A stretch of 64,000 nt of DNA from Adineta vaga (lineage: Eukaryota > Animalia > Rotifera), in NCBI GenBank assembly GCA_021613535.1, contig CP075494.1, forward strand, positions 1,674,001 to 1,738,000, given 5' to 3'. The position numbers were made by a program, and so were the translations under genes. Under the pieces are notes generated by a model, which saw nothing but the letters and a program-made list of their open reading frames with translations, ran no database searches and was not told the origin of the DNA. Of the stretch, positions 47,529-59,874 are shown in pieces (positions within the stretch are counted from its first letter, which is position 1; each line of letters begins with the position of its first letter).

Positions 47529-47965
47529 GAGGGTGCAGGTGTCGGTACTACATCTATCGAAACACCCACACAAACTTAATTTCTTTTTGTTCTCATGCAA
47601 TAATAATGACACATAGAAGAAGAAGAAGATAGCTATGTATTCTTGATTCTCCCTAATAACGTCGAAGCTAAAAATGTCGAATTCTATTAATATTGGCGAA
47701 AAATTCCAGGAAAAAATTCTTACGATATGTTTAATACAGGGTGCCACATAACCTTTGCCTCCTCCTCTGCATACCCTTAATAACTAATGATATCAGAAGG
47801 TTTTTATACCAGATTAAAGACCATCAAAAGCTGCGTCCACCGGTGCAGTTAAAGGGTGTATGTGAGGGTTGTTTTGATATACCCACACCCACACCCATCC
47901 ACACCCTCACCCACACCCACACCCACCCACACCCTCACCCACATCCACACCCACACCCTCAAGAT
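47529..47965. repeat. Two telomere-repeat palindromes (47529-47571; 47853-47965 with expanded ~85-nt CCCACA/CCCTCA arm)
   Basis: The second copy ends ...ACCCACACCCTCAAGAT. Confidence 0.8.
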
Positions 47966-48012
47966 TTACTAATAATATAAAAGTAAATACATATGAATTT
48001 TTAATTATATAA

Positions 48013-49015
48013 TCAACACTTACAACATGAAATAGGAAATTTTTGTACTCGATTATTGCCTGCATCTGCAACAAAAAGTGATCCATTCAAATCAAAAGCA
48101 ATATTATATGGTAAATTTAATTGGTTTGATCGATCTCCTCCATTTATATCACCCGCAATAATTATACCAAAATTTAAACCAATTGTCCAACGTATAATTC
48201 GATCATTACCTGTATCTACAATGAACATATTTTTATTTGTATCAACAATTAATGTTTGTGGTAACCACAAATGATAAAGATCAGAACCAAATGAATTTGT
48301 TTTTCCAGCAATTGTTTTACCATTTGTAGAATTTTCTTTCCACATTTGTATTCGATGATTATAAGTATCTGCTACATAGAATGTATTTGAATCTTCAATA
48401 TCAACAAATATTCCATATGGATACATAAATTGATGATCTTCTGATCCATAAGTACCACAAACAATTTGACTTATTATTGAAGAATATCATTTGCCAATAC
48501 GATGATTAAAAGTATCAACAATCCAAATAATTGATGTATTTGGTTCGATAAATATTCCACCGGCTCTATCGAATTCAAGAGCATGATCATTATTTGCATT
48601 ACCATCGGCAACAAGAATACCAGTAGAAACACCTTGCATCCATTTAGTTACTCGTTTATTACCAGTATCGAGTATATAAATATTACCATCATCATCAATA
48701 CTCATTTTTTCCACTAGAATACAAACTTTATATATGAAAATAGGAAGAAAAAAAAAGAATTTAACATACTCCAAATGAATTGATTAAGTTCATGACCATA
48801 ACTACCTTGGAGAAGTACTATTCCCATACTTAATGTTGGTTGAAAAGTTTGTATACGCATACTATCAGGATCTAATACATAAATAATACCATTTTTATCG
48901 ACATGTACATCGCTAGCAGATTCAAATACTAGTGGATAATAAGGTGACCATGGACTTGGATCTCTATAAACTACTGTTATTGCATTCTTCTGCCATACAG
49001 CTGTGGGACATATAG
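48013..49015 (-). pseudogene. NHL-repeat protein, disrupted
   Basis: YILDTGNKRV.KW, VDTFNHRI, YVADTYNHRIQ, VADAGNNRVQKF; premature TGA at 48487-48489; intron ~48716-48768. Confidence 0.75.
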
Positions 49016-49448
49016 TTATTGTAAATGATTTTTTGAATAAAAAACTAAATAAAAATATTTATTTACTTTTACGAGAAAAATTATCGTTTACATGAAGAAA
49101 AGAATTAATATCGAATAGATTTGTTTGATATACATTCAACTGATATATGAAGAAAAAGTATTTACTGTTTGACTGTTTTGTTTTTTTTTCTATAAAACTC
49201 ATTATTTTAAAATTAATATTTGAAGAGAAACATGACAATTTCTACTTATTTATGCTAAATTAATTTTCTTTCAACATAAACATTCTTACTATCATTATCG
49301 ATTGATTTTCTTTAGGATTTTTAAAAGTTATATTAAAAGTTAACTTTAATTTAAATAAACATTCTTAAGAAAATTAACATCCTGTTTATATATATATCTA
49401 TGAAATTTATTCATTTTTTTCTTATCAAAATATTTCCGATTTCTAAAA

Positions 49449-52166
49449 ATGCGAATTTATTTTTTCTTTAATTATATTAAAACAAAATTATTTGATTTAA
49501 ATCTTTTTATTAGTGGAAATGAAGATCCTATAAGAATAAAAAATGAAAAACGATCAACACGTATTTATTTAATTTTACTTATTTTATCAATTATTATTCT
49601 TACATTTTATTATTATATTATACCATATACACAAATTCGCGAAATTCAATCACCTTCATTTACTACTTATAATAATCTTTTACAATATTCAACATTAAAA
49701 TGTACTTGTACAAATATATCAGTTAAATATGAAGAATTTCTTGAAATTCAACCTATTTATCATGATTTATGTACAAGTGATTTTATTAGTATTAAATGGA
49801 TAAATTATTTATTTAAATTTTATGAACAAAGTTTAAATAATTCAATTTCAACTGATTTTTTTCGAATAGGTTTTTTTCAATTTCAAACACTTCGTTCATT
49901 ATGTCAATTAACACAAAAATATATTGAAAATAATCTTCATACATTTCAATCAACAGAATTTATTCAAACACAATTAATTTCTCAAATATTATTTTATACA
50001 AAATATCACAGCACAAAATTTATTTATCACTGGTGCATCAATGAGTAGTCTTTTAATAAAAATTGATGGTGATAAACCTTCAATGTGGAATTTTATGTTT
50101 GAAGGTATGAAATATGTTTTAAATGATAGTTCAATTTGTATTTGTTCAAGTTCTACTGTAGCTACTTGTATGACTTGAACAACATATGAGAATTATTTTT
50201 TATCAGGTTTTCAAACAGGTTGTTATATGTTTAATGCACTTTTAAAATCAACACTTGAAGTATTTTATAATCAAACATTTATTGATTTAATTACAAATTC
50301 ATCAAGAATTTTTATTTCTTTAAATTCATCATTATCATTATTAAATCGATATTCAACAATTGAAACATTATTTAATCAAATGTTTGTTATACATTGGTTA
50401 AATAATACATCTTATGAAAAATATTTTAATAGTTGTGTACCTAATATTTGTCAATATACAATTACTCAATATAATAGTTTCTTAAATATCATTACACTAA
50501 TAATTGGTTTATTTGGTGGATTATCGTCTATATTACATGCTTTAATACCTGTCATTATTATATACATATGTTCTATGTTATATAAGATTATAAAACAATT
50601 CAAGAAGAGAACAATGAGTAAGTAACAAATGAGTATTAGAAATCATATATTTGCAATGTTTGTTTTTTTTTAGAATCAATGAACGAAAAGAGTATATCTT
50701 TCTAATTGTTTTAATTTTATTATCAATAACGGCAATAATAATAGTTTCAATTATATGGTTTTTGGGAAAAAATCAAGAACCAAAATTAATTTTAAATATT
50801 CTACAAATAACAATAATGAATTTCTCAAATATGACAGAATCAATAAGAACAAATTGTATGAAAAATAGAATAATTGATATAAAAAAAAAACTCTTTTTAT
50901 TTGATTTTTTTAAGCTACATGTCATATGATTTTTAATCGTCAATCTCAAACTTATCTTACTGGTCATTTTCCAAAATTACTCGTTATAGATGATTTCAAT
51001 AGAGATTTAATTCTTGATTTAGCTATAACTAATTACGAAGATCATACATTGACTGTATTATTAGGTAAAGGAGATGGAACATTTCAAAATCAGTATGTAT
51101 TTTCGACAGGTAATGGATCGCATCCATGGGGAATAGCAACCGGTGATTTAAATAATGATGCATTATTAGATTTAGGTATGTCATCGAAAATTGAGTATAA
51201 TAAATAAGTTATTTTTTATTCTTTTTCTAGTCTGGAACTAATAATATAGCTATATTCTTTGGAATTGAAACAAATCTTTTATTTATTTCTCCACCATATA
51301 CATTTCCATTTGATACTTTAAATACTACACCAAGTGTAATTGAAGTAGTTGATGCAAATAGCGATGTATTTCTTGACTTGATCGTTGGAAATCAGCGAAC
51401 GACGTATTTTAGTTCAAGTAAATTTTTTAATTGCCAGAACATAAATGTAAATAATGATTATAGTCTTATTTCAGGTGCAGTATTATATCCTCCATATCGA
51501 AATGCAAAACTGTATGATATTTTTATAAATAGTGGCAATGGATATCGATTTAATAGTGTATGTCCTTCATCATGTCAAGTATCAGCTAATGTTATTTTAA
51601 TAACTGTTGGTGATTTTGATCAAGAAGGAAAACAAAATGATTTAGGTCTATGTACTTCAGATGGTTATGTTGAAATACTTTTATCAACTAAATTCTATTA
51701 TTTAGGATATTATAGTTGGATCAGTAACCATATGTATGAAAATCCATTATCGTTAGTAAAAGGAAAATTTAATGATGATGATCTCGATGATATAGCACTT
51801 ATTTCACCTAATTCTGATACTCTTCAAACTTTAATTGCTTATAATGATAATAGATTTGTTCAACATATCTATCTTACCGATGTTCATCCAACATCTTTAG
51901 CACGAATCAATTTTAATAATGATACAATTGATGATTTAGCGGTATTATATTGTAATGGAACTGTGAATATATTTGTCGGAACAAATATTGGACTTTTCAA
52001 GCGAAGTCCTTTCACTTTTGGTATCACTGATAGAAATATGGATGATGAATGTCTTCAATTATTGAAAGTTTCTGATTTAAATAATGATGGAAACGATGAT
52101 ATAATAATTGTCGATGCTGGAAAAAATGTCATCAAAATTTTCTTAGTTATAAATTGTATTGAATAG
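49449..52166 (+). pseudogene. Membrane protein with C-terminal FG-GAP/VCBS repeats, partly disrupted
   Basis: TM after RSTRIY, C.C...Y..F, second TM, then DDFNRD..LDL, GDLNND..LDL, DLNNDGNDDI; frameshift/stops at ~50000-50180. Confidence 0.65.
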
Positions 52167-52288
52167 TCTATATTTATTTCTTCTACCATAATAATACAAT
52201 TATAAAATAATAGTCTTCATTATTGAGTTCAATTTTGATTTCAACAACTTCCTCAAGCGAACACACTAATCACTCAAAGTGACAGAGA

Positions 52289-52360
52289 GAGGGCGTAGGT
52301 GTAGGTGCAGTTGTGGGTGTGAATCTCTTCTTTCCACACCCACACCCACACCCTCTAGAT
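52289..52360. repeat. Telomere-repeat palindrome
   Basis: GAGGGCGTAGGTGTAGGTG...CACACCCACACCCACACCCTCTAGAT. Confidence 0.75.
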
Positions 52361-53571
52361 GTGGTGTGTATGCTACATTCTTCTTTAATATCCAACACTC
52401 ACTTTATTATTTTCAAAAGAAGGTATCACTTATATTTTAAAAGCGCATTAGATTAAAAAAACATCTGGTGATTATTTCACATCATGACGAAGAGAGAGAA
52501 ATATATACTTTAATGCAATTTACTATGCTTTAATACGCACCAAAAAAGTTTTAATCAATATTTTTCTCACTATAAATCGAATATTTGCTTCCATAAGTCC
52601 ATTATAGCTAACGTTCTTTTATAAACTTATATGTTATTTTTTGGTTTTCTTTTCATCGATCTTATTGGATTCTTATACGGTGATTTTAACATAACTTAAA
52701 GCCCGTTTAAAATGCACTTCATTCTCAGATTATTTGAATAGAAACAGAAGAATAGACGAGTAAGTGTTATCGGAAGAACGAGCAAAGAAAACAAATCCTA
52801 ATCAGGCATTTAATGGATATCCTTTAGTTCGGTTACTTCTGAAAAATCTATATAAGTATATGTATTCAATATGTATAATCTCATAAGATTGATATAAATA
52901 TACCTGGAAGGTAAACATTGAAGCGTCTCGAACTTCATTTCTCAGACAGTATTTATTTCAAATAAATATGTTAACGAATTTTCTTTCATGTTAATAGAAT
53001 CGGACTAAGTGCATCACAGTTTTACATTAACTATTGCATATTCAAAGAACAAAAAGCGAGTAGGTAGTTTTTGAATAACATTTTCTTACTAGAAATAGAT
53101 AACAACGAGCAGTAAGATTAATAGTGACTATCCTACATCTTTATATCAGTTAATCGAAAAAGTATTTGGAAAATATCCATCGGAAAGTCTTTTAAGAATT
53201 TACTTCCAATTCGCATCAAAATGACTGGACTAAATATTCAACTGACACTTTTATTACTAGTTTGAATTGCATATGAGATTATAATTTAATTCCCTATCAG
53301 AATCTAAACTATCTTTGAAATTTTGATCAGTCTTTTCTATTAATATGAGTTTAGCTATTAAAAATTTGAATCTAGCCCGGTGATCAGAAACTATCCCGGG
53401 TCTAGTTTCAGCTGAGTTCGCGGCAAGAAACAAGGTTTAAGACTGAGACAGAAAATATGATCGATGTTTCTAATGAACAATATCAATCACGTTTTTTACT
53501 TCAGTTTTACGTTTTCTGGCGAAAAAACATTACATAGATTAAATGATTGAAATGATATTAAAAAAGGCAAA

Positions 53572-53610
<39 letters not shown>

Positions 53611-53787
53611 GATGATCTTTGATCCGGAAAAATACACACTGAACATTATTATGTATGGTAAATTTTTATCTTCAGAAATGAGACATCGATGACATTGATA
53701 TTGTAGTGCGTTATCTACTATAATATAAATGAATATCATTAGATAAGACTTTCTTTGTATTGTTTTTCACAGAAATAAACGTATAAG

Positions 53788-56330
53788 ATGATTAAGATGG
53801 CTGTTGATACTCCTGTAGATGAAGAACGACGAAATCGGCTTCCCATTGAAATCGATGAGAATAAAGAAACTGTTCAATTGATTTGGCTCAATGAGAATTC
53901 TAATGATTTGTCCGATAATTCATTCATTCATTCTATACTACTTGAACTCAACCCAGCAGTTCAATTCTATTCAGATTTCGATCGATGTATTAATTTAATT
54001 AAATCGATCAAAAATGAACAAATCTTTCTTATTGTTTCACACAATTTTGCGCAACGTATTCTGACAAAAATCTCTACTCATCGAAATCTTGTTTCTATCT
54101 TCATTTTTCCTGCTAATAATAAACAGCAGGAAGCATTAGTAGACGACTTTGATAAAGTCGTTGGTATTTTTACTGATCAAAATCATTTATTAGAATCGAT
54201 ACGAATGACAATGGATACAATTGAAGGAAAAACATTAATATTCAATCTTTTTAATCAAAAACAAAGATTTGGACGAGATTTATCAAAAGAATCAGCTTCA
54301 TTTGTTTGGCATCAGATGTTAATCTATATTCTAAGACAAATGCCACAAGATCAACAATCAAAAGATGAAATGCTCGATATATGTCGAAACTTTTATCGTT
54401 ATAATAGACGAGAATTAGAAAAAATTGAATTATTTCGATTAACTTATACAAGTGATAAAGCCATTGAATGGTATACAAAAGATTGTTTTCTATATAAATT
54501 ATTAAACAAGGCACTTCGTACAGAAGATATCGAATTACTTCATCTATTTCGATTCTTTATTATTGATTTATGCTCAGCACTTGAAAAAGAATGTCTTCAA
54601 TTAAAAAATCAAACTAATCTTATTACATATCGTGGAACACAAATTCTTAATGAACAACTTGAAATATTGAAACAAAGCGAAGGAAAAATTATTTCAATGA
54701 ATGGATTTTTCTCTACTTCTCGTGATATTAAAGTTTCACTTGTTTTCGCAGGACAAAGTCAACCAGAAGCTATTTTTCAATCAGTTCTCTTTGAAATTAA
54801 AATTGATCCATCATCAACAGCAGTAGTTTTTGCTGATATTGAACGTGAAAGTCGAATAAAAAGTGAAGAAGAAGTTCTTTTCAGTCTGAATACTGTTTTT
54901 AAAATTGAATTCGTTGGATTTGATTCAGAATTAAATATTTGGAAAATCAAATTAATTACTACAAATGAAGGTACAGAAAAAATTCAAGAATATATAAAAT
55001 CAATAGAGCAACGTCTAGATGAATATCCACCAATAATTTATTTTGGTCGACTTTTAATCAAAGATTTAGGTCAAATTAATCGTGCTGAAAAATATTTTGA
55101 AATGTTACTTAAAACACTTCCATCTAATCATGAACATATATCAGCTGTTTATAATCAAATTGGAAATATTCATGATCGGAGAGGAAATCTTAATCTAGCA
55201 TTAAAATATTTCGAATTAGCTTATCAAACTGGTCAAAAACAATTAACTCAAAATTTTCAACACTTTGCTGGTTCTCTTAATAATATTGGACGGATTCATA
55301 GAAATAAAGGAAATTTTAATCAAGCACTTAATTATTATAATCAAGCATTAGATATCGAAACGAAATATTGTTCAGATGATCATATACATAAAGCGGTTTT
55401 AATTGAAAGTATTGCAGTAATATATGCTGATAATAATCATTTTGAAAAAGCTTTTAATCTTATGGATGAATCTTTGAAGATGTTAAGACGACTTTTACCT
55501 GCACAACATCATTATATTGCTCTATGTTTTGGGTATATTGGATATATTTATGAAAAAAAGGTGATTTTAATCAAGCATTGAATTATTATTATCAATTATT
55601 GGAAATGAATGAACAATGTTTACCATCAGATCATCCTGAATTGTCGACAAATCTTAATATGATCATCGAAATTTATAAGAAAATAGGTCAAACTGAAAAA
55701 GCTTTGAATTTTTGTCGAACAACATTGGATAAACAAAGAAAAACACTTGGTGATATTCATTCTTCTATTGCTGAAACATTGATTAGTATGGGAAATATTC
55801 TTATAGAAGAAAAAGTAAATGAATCATTCAATTATTTTAAAGAAGCTTTATCAATTCTTGAACAATTAAGATCATCTGATACTCTATTAATTTCGCAATG
55901 TCTTACATGGATAAGTTGTATCTATTGGAAACGTAATATGATCGATGATGCATTACAAAATCAACTTCGAGCATTGAATCTCAATTGTCAAAAACTGTCA
56001 AACGATCATCCAAAAATTGCTAATAATCTTAGAAATATTGGTATATTTTATCGACAAATAAATGATCTATCGGGAGCACTTCGTTATTTTAATGAAAGTC
56101 TTTCGATTTATCAAGTCTATTATAGATCAGATCACGAAGATGTGAGAAGAATTCAGAAAGATATTGCTGAATTGAATAAAGATTTCGTGTTAAATATGGT
56201 AACTGATTCAACAATATTACAGTATACAAAAGAAAAGATTCCAAGAACCTTGGTCACTACTGTCATTAACGACTGTCGACGACCATATATTATCATGTAT
56301 ACAATTGAATTACACAATATTAAACTTTAA
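53788..56330 (+). CDS. ADP-ribosyltransferase (R-S-E clade) + TPR protein with one frameshift at ~55553-55560
   Basis: WYT...LY..LNKALR, TYRG, FFSTS, EEEVL, then TPRs. Adding one A to the A-run restores EKKGDFNQALNYY. Confidence 0.85.
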
Positions 56331-56445
56331 ATTATGAAAAACGATTGTAAAATATAACGACTCAATTGTAAATAGTGATCTTTCGCCTTTTGAAGGTTTA
56401 TTTTCGGAGAAATTTTATTATTTATATTATCTAGAAATGTAAATA

Positions 56446-56706
56446 TCTGTATATATAAAGAAGCGTGTTTGTTTGTCTATTCTTTATGCATTTGATCCTT
56501 TTAGGGTATGGGTGAGGGTACTACATCTATTTGAGATTCCTACCCCACAGTCACACCCAACGTTACCCACACTCACATCCACATCCACCTTTACCCACAC
56601 CCACACCCAAATTTTGTTGTACAGCATTGTCTCATGAATAACTCGATCGAGTTCGAAGATGAGAACGGTCGGTCGAGAAATGGCTGAGCTATCGAAAAAA
56701 TACTGA
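56446..56706 (+). repeat. Helitron-like non-autonomous repeat containing a telomere-repeat palindrome (56503-56608)
   Basis: TCTGTATATATAAAGAAG..TGTTTGTTTGT start; 56629-56706 homologous to 1576-1657 and 58138-58210. Confidence 0.55.
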
Positions 56707-57049
56707 AAAGTCTTCAGATTATCCCTGGGGGGAATACAGCGATTTAAAAAAAGACATTTTTTTTCTCTTTCATCTATATCCGTATAGTCAGTTGTATCAG
56801 GGATAATAGATCCTCAAGTTCTATACTATGGGGGGTTGGTGTGGGTGTAACGATTTTTGATAGAAGAGGTGCTAGCGTTGGTGGAGCTACGCTTTCCTTT
56901 ATTTCTTCATATCATATATCGTATCGTTCTCACACAAAACAGTCACTTATATACGCTTCCGGAAGAGAAAAGGACACAGGATTATAAGGGTAAAGTACAA
57001 AATAAGGACAAATATCAGCACATGTGACGCTTTTCACTGATTCGTCACA

Positions 57050-57107
57050 GTGGGTATGGGTGTAACTGTTGTGGCCTTCTTTATCCACACCTACACCCTC
57101 AAGATGG
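57050..57107. repeat. Telomere-repeat palindrome
   Basis: GTGGGTATGGGTGT...TCCACACCTACACCCTCAAGATGG. Confidence 0.75.
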
Positions 57108-57328
57108 TTCGTCTTGACCTGTGGTTGAATATGTTCTTTTATAATTCATGATGAACAAATGATTACTACATCTTTTATTCTTTGATGAGTCATAATCAGA
57201 ATTTAAAACAGTCTTTATCTTCGTACTTTGTAATATGCCCACGCTTTCTCTTTTCTTTATATAATATAACATTCTGTTAGTTTGAATTGATAAAGCGACA
57301 TATTTTTCTATTCGAGATCCTACAAAAT

Positions 57329-58017
57329 ATGACGGACAATGACGAAGCACCACCACAAGACAAATTCTTTCATTTATCGGGAAGTGGTAATGGTATATGG
57401 GAAATTAATCGACCTCAACAAGTAATTGTTGAACTTGTTAAACGAGATGTTTTTCATGGTGAAGTATTAGATATTGGTTGTGGAATTGCTGATAATGTAA
57501 TTTATATTGCTACACATGTGAACAAGATTCATATCACGGCTATGGATATGGTAATTTTTTTTTTTTCTTTTCGAAATAAATCAATTTTGTTCAGGTACCA
57601 AAAGCCATTGAAGTTGCTCGTGAAAAAGCAGAAAAAAATAATGTTAATATTCAATTTGAAATTGTTAATATCCTTGAGGATATTTCAAAGACAAATTTAA
57701 AACAAAATTCATATGATATCATTCTCGATTCAGCTACATTTCATTGTTTTTCAAATGAAGATCGTCAATCATATATGGAAAATCTACAAAAATTAATTAA
57801 ACCAGGTGGTCTTTATATTCAAATAGCTTGTTGTGAGAAAGAAACACGACCAACTAGACCACGTCGAGTAAAAAAAGCTGATTTAAATCAATTATTTTCA
57901 TCAGAAAATGGTTGGACAATTGAATCAATGGAGGATACAGTTTATGAAGCAACACCTGAGTACCAATTAGGAACAAATTTTATATCCTATCTGTCATTTA
58001 TTCGAAAAAATCTTTGA
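57329..58017 (+). CDS. Class I SAM-dependent methyltransferase (actinobacterial/TPMT-like type), 2 exons
   Basis: WEINRPQ, VLDIGCG; intron 57551-57595; AIEVAR, YDIILDSATFHCF, LIKPGG. Confidence 0.85.
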
Positions 58018-58137
58018 AATAAACTAATAAATAGAAGACTTTTTGATCAATATTTGGAACTATTTGTGTACATGGTTAAATAAAATATTTAGATTTGCTT
58101 TGATCTTTGATAGAGAAGGAAAAGTTGTACACAGAAT

Positions 58138-58260
58138 TATCTCATCAAGATGTCGGTCGAGTTCGAAGATGGAACCGATCGGTTGTACCATTGCCGACTT
58201 ATAGAAAAATTTCCGTATTTTCTATATATATGTAAAGAAGATATTTTGTTTGTTTGGGTC
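58138..58260 (+). repeat. Helitron-like dispersed repeat (copy 3)
   Basis: TCTCATCAAGATGTCGGTCGAGTTCGAAGATG... followed by TCTATATATATGTAAAGAAG..TGTTTGTTTG. Confidence 0.5.
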
Positions 58261-59626
58261 ACTGTTTCGCTAGTTAGTTAATCCTTGCAATAACTACGAT
58301 CACTAAACTTTCCACGATAATTACTTAGGTATATAGAAACGTCAAATTGAGTTTGAGATCACTAGGGTGAGGATCACAAGGGGATCTGGGTGAAGTTCAC
58401 CCAAATGACTTTTGTGTTGCTTAATGTCACACTATTTTATTCAATGAGTAAAATATAATTCCTTGAAATCAATTTTCTTGTTTAGCTGGGTAAAAAATGG
58501 AGAATAATTGCTGCAACCATCAGTATAAACAATAATAAGCGTATCAAGTAGCCATTAGTAGAGCCAATAACGATAAATCCAAAATGAATAACTAATTTAA
58601 TTGTTGACCCAACGCTACAAAGAATTGAAATATTAACATTATTCTGTTGTCGATACGTATAACTAACTTGATATATGTTGGTTTTAGTTTCAGTTTTAGT
58701 TTTGCATTTTGTGTTGTTGTAAACCATAGCAAAATAATTTGAAATTAGAAGTCTATTTATATTATAGGATAACAAAGAGAATTACAAAACAGAAACATCG
58801 GCATGCTTTCCTCACGTTCTCAATCTAAGTATTTTTTAATAAAAAAAAAACGATATAAATTACTTGTAATATTGTTTGTGATTTACACCTACTTTAGTTT
58901 GGAAATAAATTAAAGACTTTTTAAAAGATATTTTAAAATATATCATGCAATTTGTGACTGAGAATATCTTCATTAAAATGATCGTTTTGGTGTCTTTTTT
59001 CCTTGTTTACTCAAAAACAGAATCAATCTTCAATAGTACGATTTAAAATTGATCATTAGTAAAGTCTTATTCAGATATTACGAAAGGTGACCATTCGATT
59101 GAAGTATAACTTTTTTTCTCTGTTCTTTCAATTAGTATATAATATTGTACATGATATTTAGTAACAAAAATAAATTTAATACAACATATTCAAGCGACTT
59201 CTTTTTTTAAAATTTAATATAACCAATTACTATTATTGGTTAATCCTTTTTTTTACTTACTTTTAAAAATAATTATGTTATAAAGGGTGTTTTATAAGTT
59301 TCGGCCCCTTTTTTGTTTTTTTTCTTGTCTTTTCATCTTCCATCGTGGGATGCTTTCCAATATAGATTATGAAAGGGCCACACACAAGCTTTCAAATGAG
59401 AAAAAAATTCATTCTATTAACAACAGCTTTACGAGAAAGCCATATTGATCAAAATTGTGAAAAATTTTCTCAACGTGCAATTTCTGCTTTTTGTACATTA
59501 TTATTGCGGAAAAACAGTTGTGTACTAATCCATACGACCACATATATCTTATATGTTCTTTTTACGGCGTTGCACTCACATGAAAGATCACGCATTGGTA
59601 GATGTGTACTAAGTAATCAACAACAT

Positions 59627-59691
59627 TGAGGGTGTGGGTGTGGGTGTGGATGATGCTTACAGGATATGCACTCACATCCACACCTTCTTGA
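59627..59691. repeat. Telomere-repeat palindrome
   Basis: TTGAGGGTGTGGGTGTGGGTGTGGA...CACTCACATCCACACC. Confidence 0.75.
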
Positions 59692-59874
59692 ATGTGGTTC
59701 TCATCTATATAATAACTTATTCTTGATAATGTTAGTTTAATTTTATCGAAATGTCGAATAAAATTCATATAAATAAATAAATACTAATAAAAACCGCTAT
59801 AGCTCTCCAATTTTTATTCTGAATTTTGTCCTTAAAATCTTTAAATATATGTAAGAGTAATAATGAGCAAGGTA

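Noticed and set aside
47741-47980. ORFs with HPHPHP/PTPT tracts (also 11128-11407, 13271-13453, 41190-41505)
   Set aside because: They are translations of the CCCACA palindrome arms, not genes.
53578-53608. (TA)n microsatellites (also ~25444-25463)
   Set aside because: Ordinary simple repeats.
58482-58775. 97-aa hydrophobic ORF
   Set aside because: No recognisable motif or exon structure.
59281-59420. Possible Tc1/mariner MITE end (TAAAGGGTG...)
   Set aside because: No matching second TIR was found.
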